The notes under the pieces are model-generated. The model made no database searches. It was not told where the DNA came from and worked only from the letters and a program-made list of their open reading frames with translations. Shown piece after piece: positions 26,442 to 34,458 of a stretch of 40,379 bases of DNA. This DNA comes from Pyrinomonadaceae bacterium. GTDB lineage: Bacteria > Acidobacteriota > Blastocatellia > Pyrinomonadales > Pyrinomonadaceae. Every line of letters begins with the position of its first letter. The stretch's first letter is position 1. A program made the position numbers and the translations under genes. The stretch is taken from contig JBGTCS010000290.1 in NCBI GenBank assembly GCA_041748715.1, forward strand, positions 1 to 40,379. The letters run 5' to 3'.

Positions 26442-28019
26442 ATGCCGCAGTTGCCCGACAATCACATTGACGAATCTACTGAGTTCGAGATCGAGATCCC
26501 GCTTCACAGTCTCGACAGTAAATATAAGGATCTGGTGAATGCGTCGCCGCTTCCGGTAATCGTTACCGATCTGGATGACAATATCGAACTGGTCAATCGA
26601 CCGGCTCGGACGTTTTTAGGATATGGACAAAGTGAGCCGTTGATCGAGAAATTGTCCGATATCGTTCGCACCGCGGTCATGACGCCGCTGACAGATCTGC
26701 GAGCTCATCTGACGATCGATCGAAACTATCATGGCGAATGGGAATTTTTGAACCGCAAAAACGGTCAATGGACACAGACTGAGGTCTTTGCACGGGTCAC
26801 GACCGAGGGATTCAGATTCTTTTATCTCAACGATCTGACCGAACGGAATCAGGCCGAGGAATTGAGGTTGGCCGCTGAAATCGGGCGGTCGAAACTCCAA
26901 AAAGCCGAGGCTCTCGAAAGGCTTGCCGGCGGGATCGCTCACGATTTTAATAATTTGTTAGCCGTAATTCTGCTGCATACGGATATGCTCAATTTGCAGC
27001 TTCCACCCGCCAGTTTGTTTCGCCATAGGGTCAACGAGATCAGGGCCGTTTCAAATGATGCAGCGGGCATTGTGCGTCAGTTGCTGGCATTCGGCCGAAA
27101 GCAGCCGATGAATCCGACTCCGGTCGTGCTAAACAATATCATTGGTAATTTGGCCTTAGCTTTGCCAAAGAAGGTTGGACCCGAGATCGATGTCGAAACG
27201 GATCTCGATCCTGATCTGGGTGTTTGTTTCGTAGACCAAAACCAGGTCGCACAAGCGATTACCTATCTTGCCGTCAACGCCAACGACGCAATGCCCGACG
27301 GCGGGATTTTGAGGATCGATACAAGAAATATTGTCGTCGACAAACAAACGTCACACGCGGCACAATCCAGCGGTTCATATATACAGATCTCAGTTTCTGA
27401 CAATGGTGTTGGAATGAATGCCAAAACCGAAGAACATATTTTTGAGCCTTTTTTTTCCACTAAGGAATCAGACAAAGGCGCCGGCCTCGGCCTGGCCACT
27501 GTTTACGGAATCGTAAAACAATCCGGGGGGTTTATTTGGGTCGAAAGTGTGATCGATCATGGAACCACGTTTAAGATTCAATTCCCGCGGGTGGATTTGC
27601 CCGCTCATGTCCCGACACCCGAGATCGAAACAAATGATTTGCTTGAAATCGATGATGAGACAATTTTACTTGTCGACGACGATAAATCGGTACGGCAGAT
27701 CGCCGCTGAGATTTTGAGACTATCAGGTTACCAAGTTTTAGAAGCGGGCAGCGGTATGGAGGCAATGGAGGTGGCACGTTCATTCGGCAGTCCGATCCAT
27801 TTGCTGCTGACCGATTGCTTAATGCCAAAAATGAGTGGAAACGTCACTGCCGAAAGTATTAGACGACTGTATCCGAAAATTTCTATTTTATTGATGTCCG
27901 GCAATATCGAAGATATGGCAAATCGCGAAAAAGCATTGGATCATGGCTATTTCTATTTGGGCAAACCTTTCTCATCGTCTGCTCTGACGAAAAAGGTTCG
28001 CGAAGTATTAGCCTCGTAA
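26442..28019 (+). CDS. Soluble PAS-domain hybrid sensor histidine kinase (HisKA + HATPase_c + C-terminal REC)
   Basis: 525 aa with no TM segment. It has an N-terminal PAS domain ('LVNASPLPVIVTDLDDNIELVNRPARTFLGY'), an H-box 'GGIAHDFNNLLAVI', N and G boxes ('NANDAMP', 'DNGVGM', 'GAGLGLATVYGIV'), and a REC domain ('ILLVDDD...LLLTDCLMPKMSG'). Confidence 0.9.
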   Translation: MPQLPDNHIDESTEFEIEIPLHSLDSKYKDLVNASPLPVIVTDLDDNIELVNRPARTFLGYGQSEPLIEKLSDIVRTAVMTPLTDLRAHLTIDRNYHGEWEFLNRKNGQWTQTEVFARVTTEGFRFFYLNDLTERNQAEELRLAAEIGRSKLQKAEALERLAGGIAHDFNNLLAVILLHTDMLNLQLPPASLFRHRVNEIRAVSNDAAGIVRQLLAFGRKQPMNPTPVVLNNIIGNLALALPKKVGPEIDVETDLDPDLGVCFVDQNQVAQAITYLAVNANDAMPDGGILRIDTRNIVVDKQTSHAAQSSGSYIQISVSDNGVGMNAKTEEHIFEPFFSTKESDKGAGLGLATVYGIVKQSGGFIWVESVIDHGTTFKIQFPRVDLPAHVPTPEIETNDLLEIDDETILLVDDDKSVRQIAAEILRLSGYQVLEAGSGMEAMEVARSFGSPIHLLLTDCLMPKMSGNVTAESIRRLYPKISILLMSGNIEDMANREKALDHGYFYLGKPFSSSALTKKVREVLAS

Positions 28020-28035
28020 CGGCGCCTCTTGCTCG

Positions 28036-29202
28036 TTACGTAACCGCCGCTCCGTCTTCGACCGGAACATTTACCTGGATTTTGTTGGCGATTATACCCG
28101 TCTCAAAAAGATTCTTGAGACGAAGGATCAGCGAGATAGTTATCTCTTGGCCGGCGGAGAGTAGAACCGACCCGCGAACCGACGTCAAGGTTTGATGCAG
28201 GATCATTCCGGGTTTGAGATCAGAAACCTCCGCTTCGATCGTGACAAACTCACCCTCGGTGACCTCGATCACCGCTCGCAAAGCATCGAGCACCCGCGGA
28301 TCATACCACCCGACACGTTGGCTTAGGTCTATTAACGCAAGATAAGATGAATTGCGATCATGGATCAATTTATCATAGTCAAGAACGACCTTTAGGATTC
28401 TAGATCCGAGCGTCGGGTCATCTACGTCCTCCGGTGAGAGGCCAACAACTATCTCGTCGTTGAACCGCCGATTTTGGCTGGCAACTATCTCGGCAACATT
28501 TTCCATTCGTGGTATCCGTGCTATCAGATCGTGACCGACCTGCGGATGTTGGTGAAACAGACCTGTTTCCTGGTTGGACAGCGGAGCCCCACTCGAGATC
28601 TTTTGCAGAATCTCCTCTGGAACTGTCACGCACCCGACCTGGGAAAGCATGGCTGCGATTTCAACTTCCCAAGCATTTTTAACACTGAGATGGTCGGCGA
28701 TATCGCGAGCCAGTTTTTTTACCCTTGATGATCTGCCAAATGCAGTGGGATTTATTATCGCCAAAATGTCGACCAAAACGTGCAAGCTCTTGTTCAGAGT
28801 CTGCTCCAGAAGATGCTTTTCGGCACTAGTTAAACGAAATTGCTCGAGACCGGCGTTCAACGTTTTGATGAGGATTTCAGGCGGGCACGGCTTTGTGAGA
28901 AAGCGGAAAATATTACCCTGATTGACGGCGTCCATTGCGGTTTGCTGATCGGCATTCCCGGTAAGCATTATTTTCACTGCTTCGGGCGACGATTCACTGA
29001 GCCGTCGGAGAAATTGAATTCCGTCCATTCCGGGCATTCGCATGTCGGAAACAACTACGGCGAAAGGTCCTTCGCTCGCGATCAGGGCGAGGGCGTTCTC
29101 TCCGCCTTCGGCTATCGAGACAGAAAAATCCTTTCGGAGCGTTCGCTGAATTCCCTCCAGTACATTTGGCTCATCATCTACAAAAAGTATCTTGTTAGTC
29201 AT
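28036..29202 (-). CDS. Response regulator with degenerate (probably non-catalytic) HD-GYP-like output domain plus a small C-terminal module
   Basis: 388 aa. The REC domain is 'ILFVDDEPNVLEGI...VVSDMRMPGMDG...FLTKPC'. The following domain is collinear with HD-GYP, but the catalytic positions are changed: 'AAMLSQVG' where HD is expected, and 'SQNRRFNDEIV' where HHE..GYP is expected. Confidence 0.75.
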   Translation of the reverse strand: MTNKILFVDDEPNVLEGIQRTLRKDFSVSIAEGGENALALIASEGPFAVVVSDMRMPGMDGIQFLRRLSESSPEAVKIMLTGNADQQTAMDAVNQGNIFRFLTKPCPPEILIKTLNAGLEQFRLTSAEKHLLEQTLNKSLHVLVDILAIINPTAFGRSSRVKKLARDIADHLSVKNAWEVEIAAMLSQVGCVTVPEEILQKISSGAPLSNQETGLFHQHPQVGHDLIARIPRMENVAEIVASQNRRFNDEIVVGLSPEDVDDPTLGSRILKVVLDYDKLIHDRNSSYLALIDLSQRVGWYDPRVLDALRAVIEVTEGEFVTIEAEVSDLKPGMILHQTLTSVRGSVLLSAGQEITISLILRLKNLFETGIIANKIQVNVPVEDGAAVT

Positions 29203-29246
29203 AACTTTCTTCCAATTGGCTACAATATTTGTCCAGGAAATCCGTG

Positions 29247-30434
29247 TCAGGCGATCTCAAGACCACATCTTTGACGCCATAAAGGTATTCTCTCGAGCAA
29301 CCCGAGTTTGCCAAGGTAATTGAGATCAAAGTCCGGCCCCTTGCCGGAACCTTCGGGGGTGGCTGAGGAACGTTGAATTGAATTTGCAGCATGAACAGCG
29401 GTTAGGGCAGAGAACGAATTTGATTCAGCATCAATCGGATTTTTGTGAAATGCCACAGCTTTCACTACATCGACCGGCAAACCCCACAATCCCAACAAAT
29501 AGGCTCCAACTTCGGCATATGTCGCCTCAAATATGGTCTCTTCCGCCTCATCTTCGGAAATGTTTTCGTCCTTTATTAGCTGCTGCACCTTGTTAAATTG
29601 GGAAGGAAGATTGACGGCCAAGACAACTTTGCCAATGCCATGCAGCAAGCCAGCCGTGAAGGCGTCATTAGCCAATTCGCGTTTTTCGCACAGGGCGATC
29701 TTGTGGGCCATTATCCCGACGGCAATACTATGAGCCCACACATCGGCAAAAAACGAGGTGGAGGTAGTCGAATCGAATTGCGAGATGACGCCGAGACCGA
29801 GCGTCAGGGAACTAATGGTATCGAGACCAAGAAACTCAACTGCCTGGGTGGAATCAGAGATCGTTCGCCGAATTCCAAAGAATGCCGAGTTCACGATCTG
29901 GAGTACCTTTACGGTCATTCCGATATCGTTTTTAATTATATCTCCTACCTTTTTGGTTGAGGGTTCAGATTTTCCGAGTTCATCAATTAACTCGGTATAA
30001 AGCATCGGCAGGCTGGGGACCGTAGGGAGCTGAGAAACCAGCTGACGCAAGTTACTGTCGTTGAGTAAGATACGGAGCGAGCAAACACGCTTTACCGTTC
30101 CAACTAATGTGTCCGCTTCGCATGGCTTAGACAAATATTGATGCGCGGTACCCAGCGTTTTCATTATCATTTCCTTTTCCGAGTAGCCGGAAAGTATTAT
30201 CCGAATCACGTGCGGAAATTGTTCGCTGACCGCCTGCAAGAGTTGGGCGCCGTCCATTCCCGGCATTTTCATATCCGAAATGATTACGTCAATATTATTT
30301 TCCGGTATCAGTGCCAAAGCCTGTACGCCACCGGAGGCAAAATACATTTCCCACTCGTCCCGCATCGGTCTCAGCATTCGCTGTAAGCCGTCTAGGATAT
30401 TTGGTTCGTCATCAACAAATAAGATATTGATCAT
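29247..30434 (-). CDS. Response regulator with HDOD output domain
   Basis: 395 aa. Its REC domain is paralogous to that of the neighbouring gene ('ILFVDDEPNILDGL...IISDMKMPGMDG...YLSKPC'). The HDOD region is 'LPTVPSLPMLYTELIDEL...VGDIIKNDIGMTVKVLQIVNSAFFG....AVEFLGLDTI...AGLLHGIGKVVL'. Confidence 0.85.
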   Translation of the reverse strand: MINILFVDDEPNILDGLQRMLRPMRDEWEMYFASGGVQALALIPENNIDVIISDMKMPGMDGAQLLQAVSEQFPHVIRIILSGYSEKEMIMKTLGTAHQYLSKPCEADTLVGTVKRVCSLRILLNDSNLRQLVSQLPTVPSLPMLYTELIDELGKSEPSTKKVGDIIKNDIGMTVKVLQIVNSAFFGIRRTISDSTQAVEFLGLDTISSLTLGLGVISQFDSTTSTSFFADVWAHSIAVGIMAHKIALCEKRELANDAFTAGLLHGIGKVVLAVNLPSQFNKVQQLIKDENISEDEAEETIFEATYAEVGAYLLGLWGLPVDVVKAVAFHKNPIDAESNSFSALTAVHAANSIQRSSATPEGSGKGPDFDLNYLGKLGLLERIPLWRQRCGLEIA

Positions 30435-30808
30435 TAATAAAGTAATAGTTCCAGGTTAAGTCTCAAGCGGCAAATTCAGGTACCAGCGGGTTTGATACCG
30501 GAGCCTTGGAGGGAACACCGATGCAACGACGTCCGTGATCCGCCACGTCTTTTGGCGAAATTACGTCATAATTTCATATCGGCATTCATAGAGTTTTCAT
30601 AAGATAAATGTAAAAACCGTCTGACGGTTATTACACTTGGAATTGCACTCGGGACCTGTCACGGGCGAATTCTAGATTATATTGGCAATACTAATCGATC
30701 ATATGTAATAATGTCGGCACTGGGGGTGATATTATGATAAATAATTCAAATGAGGTAACTACAACATAAACGGACGTTCCGGCTTTTCAGAACGATCCGG
30801 AAGAAAAG

Positions 30809-30846
30809 AAACGGCACGCTTATTAGAGTGTGCCGTTTTAATTTTG
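30809..30846 (+). terminator. Stem-loop with T-rich tails on both strands upstream of queA
   Basis: AAACGGCAC (30809-30817) pairs with GTGCCGTTT (30830-30838) around a 12-nt loop. TTTTAATTTT follows on the plus strand, and TTTCTTTTCTT follows on the minus strand. Confidence 0.45.
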
Positions 30847-30877
30847 AGCAAGATTATTATTAACGCGAAAGATACAG

Positions 30878-31909
30878 ATGCAGATCTCGGAATTTGATTA
30901 CGACCTACCACCCGGACAAATAGCGCAGGAGCCGTTGCCTGATCGCCAGGCATCGCGAATGCTCGCCGTTGACCGCAGCCGAGGATCGTTTACCGACACC
31001 AGTTTTTGCTCATTAGCCGGGTTTTTGCGAGAGGGTGATATTTTAGTCCTGAACAATACCAAGGTGATTCCGGCACGGCTTTTTGGTCGCAGCGAAACCG
31101 GGGCGAATATTGAGATATTTCTTGTTAAGGAGCTCGAAGATAGTATTTGGGAAACCCTCGCCCGCCCCGCCCGTCGTCTGCAGCCCGGCAAGAAAATCAT
31201 TTTTGGCGAAGAATTGACCGCGAGAGTAACGGAGAAAAACTCCGACGGCAAAGTTTTTGTCAGGTTCGAATGTAACAGGGACTTTGAACAAGTTCTCGAC
31301 GAATTAGGGAAAACTCCTTTACCGCCTTATATCAAGCGGGATACGACGTCGATCGATACCGATCGTGAACGCTATCAAACTGTATTTGCAAAAAACCGCG
31401 GTGCCATTGCCGCGCCGACCGCCGGGCTGCATTTTACACCCGAAATTTTGGAAAAAATAAAGGCCATTGGCGTGACAGTTAGCGCGATAACACTACATGT
31501 CGGTTACGGCACATTCGAACCGGTTCGCGTTGACAATCTCGCCGATCATACCGTTGCTGCCGAAAACTACGAAATCGATTCCCCGACGGCCAAGATCCTG
31601 GAATCGGCAAAATCCGACGGTCGTCGCATCATCGCCGTGGGCACTACGACAGCCCGGACGCTCGAATCAAACATCGCTGATTTTGGGAATTTTACCTCCG
31701 GCAAATATTCCGCCGGTTTAACAATTACGCCGGGTTTCGAGTTCAGCGCAATCAACGGACTGCTAACTAATTTTCACTTGCCGCAAAGCTCGCTGCTCGT
31801 GCTGACTTCAACATTTGGGGGGCACGATCTTATAATGGATGCCTATCGTCATGCGGTTGCAGCGGAATATCGTTTTTACAGTTATGGCGATTGTATGCTT
31901 ATTTTTTGA
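30878..31909 (+). CDS. queA: S-adenosylmethionine:tRNA ribosyltransferase-isomerase
   Basis: 343 aa. It contains 'FDYDLPPGQIAQEPLPDRQASRML', 'LPPYIKR', 'YQTVFA...GAIAAPTAGLHFT' and 'LTNFHLPQSSLLVL'. Confidence 0.95.
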   Translation: MQISEFDYDLPPGQIAQEPLPDRQASRMLAVDRSRGSFTDTSFCSLAGFLREGDILVLNNTKVIPARLFGRSETGANIEIFLVKELEDSIWETLARPARRLQPGKKIIFGEELTARVTEKNSDGKVFVRFECNRDFEQVLDELGKTPLPPYIKRDTTSIDTDRERYQTVFAKNRGAIAAPTAGLHFTPEILEKIKAIGVTVSAITLHVGYGTFEPVRVDNLADHTVAAENYEIDSPTAKILESAKSDGRRIIAVGTTTARTLESNIADFGNFTSGKYSAGLTITPGFEFSAINGLLTNFHLPQSSLLVLTSTFGGHDLIMDAYRHAVAAEYRFYSYGDCMLIF

Positions 31910-31913
31910 ATAA

Positions 31914-32444
31914 ATGGCAGTTCTCGAATCCATTAAGAATTTATTTGTGCCCTCGTTCATAGCAGGCCCGGAGCTGATCGTTCCGGCCCCGCCAACGATA
32001 TACGAGATTCAGAGGCTTACGATTGAGCACCTGCCTGAGGTTTTGCGTCTAAACCTCAGATGTTTTAGAAACGGTGACAATTATACAAAACATACGTTCG
32101 AGTATTTGCTAAATGAGCCAAAAACGCTTAGTTATCGAACCATCACCCCTGCCGGCGAGATAGTAGCGTTCGCGTTTGTCATGGTCAACGAAAACAATGC
32201 CGCGCATCTGACGACGATCGGGGTCGCACCAGAACATCGCCGTCGAAAAGTCGCCGTAAAATTGCTTGAACATCTCGAGAATGCGCTCAGTAATCGCCAG
32301 ATCGGGACCGTCATGCTCGAGGTTCGGGTGAGCAACACAACCGCACAAGAACTTTACCGCCGTATCGGTTACACAATAGTTCAGCGGATCGGCAAATATT
32401 ACAACAACGGCGAAGACTGTTTTCTGATGATGAAATCACTTTAG
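31914..32444 (+). CDS. GNAT-family N-acetyltransferase (RimI-like)
   Basis: 176 aa. The acetyl-CoA binding motif region is 'LTTIGVAPEHRRRKVAVKLLEHL', followed by 'A.ELYRRIGY'. The start codon is uncertain. Confidence 0.7.
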   Translation: MAVLESIKNLFVPSFIAGPELIVPAPPTIYEIQRLTIEHLPEVLRLNLRCFRNGDNYTKHTFEYLLNEPKTLSYRTITPAGEIVAFAFVMVNENNAAHLTTIGVAPEHRRRKVAVKLLEHLENALSNRQIGTVMLEVRVSNTTAQELYRRIGYTIVQRIGKYYNNGEDCFLMMKSL

Positions 32445-32449
32445 CCTTA

Positions 32450-33085
32450 TTGCGCTCTTTATCCTTGAACATTGATCTTCCTAAAATATATCCGATCACA
32501 GACGCCGGCGTTTCCGGTCTTTCGCATGCCGAACAGATCAAAAGATTGGCCGAAGGCGGAGCAACTCTCATTCAGTTCCGCGAAAAATTTGCCACGTCCC
32601 GCGCGGCTTTTGACGCGGCGGTTCTAGCCGATGAGGCTGTCCGCAATTACGGCATGCGGCTCATCATCAATGACAGAGTCGATATTGCTCTTGCTCTCAA
32701 CTCGTCAGGTGTTCACCATGGCCAGGATGATTTGCCGCCGGCAGCTGCCCGCAGATTGCTTGGCAAAGCGGCGGTCATCGGGCTTTCAACGCATTCGGAA
32801 GCTCAGGTTATGGCGGCGTTGAGCCAACCGATCGATTACATTGCAATCGGTCCGATCTTCCCAACAGCTACCAAGCAAAACCCCGACGCCGTGGTCGGAT
32901 TAAATGGATTGAGAAGCATTCGGACAATTGCGGGGGATTTCCCGCTAGTCGCGATCGGCGGCATAGACGCCGGTAATTTGTCTGCGGTTTTTGAGGCGGG
33001 TGCCAATTCGGCGGCGATCATTGGAGCTTTATTATCCGATCCGGCTGAAATTGCCGGTCGCATGAGGCAGTTCGGTTCCGTTTGA
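32450..33085 (+). CDS. thiE: Thiamine-phosphate synthase
   Basis: 211 aa. The TTG start is as given by the ORF track and the true start is uncertain. It contains 'IYPITD', 'LIQFREK', 'LIINDRVDIALA...GVHHGQDDL', 'IAIGPIFPTATK' and 'VAIGGI'. Confidence 0.88.
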   Translation: MRSLSLNIDLPKIYPITDAGVSGLSHAEQIKRLAEGGATLIQFREKFATSRAAFDAAVLADEAVRNYGMRLIINDRVDIALALNSSGVHHGQDDLPPAAARRLLGKAAVIGLSTHSEAQVMAALSQPIDYIAIGPIFPTATKQNPDAVVGLNGLRSIRTIAGDFPLVAIGGIDAGNLSAVFEAGANSAAIIGALLSDPAEIAGRMRQFGSV

Positions 33086-33240
33086 TAAATCTTGTTGTGT
33101 TTTGTTAAAAATAAACTTGCTTTTCTCGACGTTATTGGACAATAATAATTAGTGACGGAATCTGACCAACATTCCGCCGTCACGGCTTACCCGAGATTTT
33201 TCCTGCCTTATCAGACCAAATTCAGGAGTACATCCTAATC

Positions 33241-34440
33241 ATGAGCTTGCTTGATGTAGCACCGATTATTGAGCAGATGCTGCTCGTTTCCGAAAACGTT
33301 AGCGACCTAAATTTTTCGTGCGGGCAAAAACCGCAGGTCGAGATCAACGGCGTACTCTATCCGGCGTCTCCGATCGGTTTGGGAAAGCTGTCTGCATTTC
33401 AGACCGAAATGATCGCCATGTCGCTGTTGCGGGACAATCCCGATGCGGCAAATCAATTATTTAAATACCGCACGGCTGATCTCAGCTACGCGCTGCCGGG
33501 GAAATGCCGATTTCGTGTGAATATCTTTCAGCAGCGAAATTCATATTCAATCGTAATGCGCGTTATTCCGCATGAGATCCCGAGTTTTGATTCGCTCCGT
33601 TTACCACACCAACTTGCTGATATTGCCGAGATCCGAAATGGTGTTGTACTTTTGACCGGGCCGACCGGTTCTGGAAAAAGTTCGACGCTCGCCGCGATCA
33701 TCGATCGGATCAACGAAACGAAGGCCTACCATATCGTCACGATCGTGGATCCGATCGAATTTCTTCACAATCATAAAAAATCGACGATCAACCAACGCGA
33801 GGTCGGCGCCGACACCAAAGATTTTGCATCGGCACTGCGGGCTGCACTTCGTCAGGCTCCAAAAGTCATTCTGGTCGGCGAAATGCGTGATCTCGAAACG
33901 GCTGAGATCGCACTCGAAGCGGCCGAAACCGGTCACCTCGTGCTGTCAACACTCCACACGATCGACGCTTCAAAAACGATCGACCGAATTGTCGGGCTGT
34001 ATCCCAAAAACGAAGAAAAAGTCATTCGCACGCGTCTGGCCCAGACCTTTCGATACATCGTCTCGCAGCGACTTATTCCAACAGCCGACGGACGCGGGCG
34101 TATCGCGGCGGTTGAGATATTAAAATCGAATCCGCGAACCCGCGAGTATATAGAAAATGGCGAAGCCGAAGGCAAATCACTGCTCGACGCGATCCGCGAC
34201 GGCGAGATCGACGGCATGCAGGATTTTGACTCGGTTATCCGCGAGATGATCGAGAAGAAATTGGTCACCATGGAAGACGGCCTGTCGTTTGCGACAAACC
34301 AAAACAATCTATTGCTGCAGCTCAAAGGACTTTCCTCGACCGAAGATTATACAAAAGGACAAGCCCGGCCCATGCCAAATCCGCTGGCTCCGCCTCAGCC
34401 TGCCAAAAATCCGGATTCTGTTTTGAACATGATGGAATAG
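33241..34440 (+). CDS. pilT: Type IV pilus retraction ATPase family protein (PilT/PilU-like) with C-terminal extension
   Basis: 399 aa. It has Walker A 'GPTGSGKSST', an Asp-box region 'HIVTIVDPIEFLH', Walker B 'VILVGEMRDLET' and a His box 'TGHLVLSTLHT'. A Pro-rich tail of about 50 aa follows. No other pil genes are present in the window. Confidence 0.85.
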   Translation: MSLLDVAPIIEQMLLVSENVSDLNFSCGQKPQVEINGVLYPASPIGLGKLSAFQTEMIAMSLLRDNPDAANQLFKYRTADLSYALPGKCRFRVNIFQQRNSYSIVMRVIPHEIPSFDSLRLPHQLADIAEIRNGVVLLTGPTGSGKSSTLAAIIDRINETKAYHIVTIVDPIEFLHNHKKSTINQREVGADTKDFASALRAALRQAPKVILVGEMRDLETAEIALEAAETGHLVLSTLHTIDASKTIDRIVGLYPKNEEKVIRTRLAQTFRYIVSQRLIPTADGRGRIAAVEILKSNPRTREYIENGEAEGKSLLDAIRDGEIDGMQDFDSVIREMIEKKLVTMEDGLSFATNQNNLLLQLKGLSSTEDYTKGQARPMPNPLAPPQPAKNPDSVLNMME

Positions 34441-34458
34441 TGTCCGTCTAAAAAAAAT

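Noticed and set aside
28036-28260. A possible PilZ domain in the C-terminal ~70 aa of the REC/HD-GYP-like protein.
   Set aside because: The RxxxR and (D/N)xSxxG motifs are absent. 'RVLDALR' has the wrong spacing, and 'DLKPG' does not fit.
30470-30485. A sigma-54-like element on the minus strand (TGGTAC-CTGAAT-TTGC) upstream of the REC-HDOD gene.
   Set aside because: The GG and GC dinucleotides are one nucleotide too far apart (N11 instead of N10), and the -24 region is TGGTAC rather than TGGCAC. It is kept only as a weak possibility.
30759-30953. A 64-aa minus-strand ORF spanning the start of queA.
   Set aside because: It overlaps the queA start and the terminator hairpin, has no ribosome-binding site, and has a low-complexity basic sequence. 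It is probably spurious.
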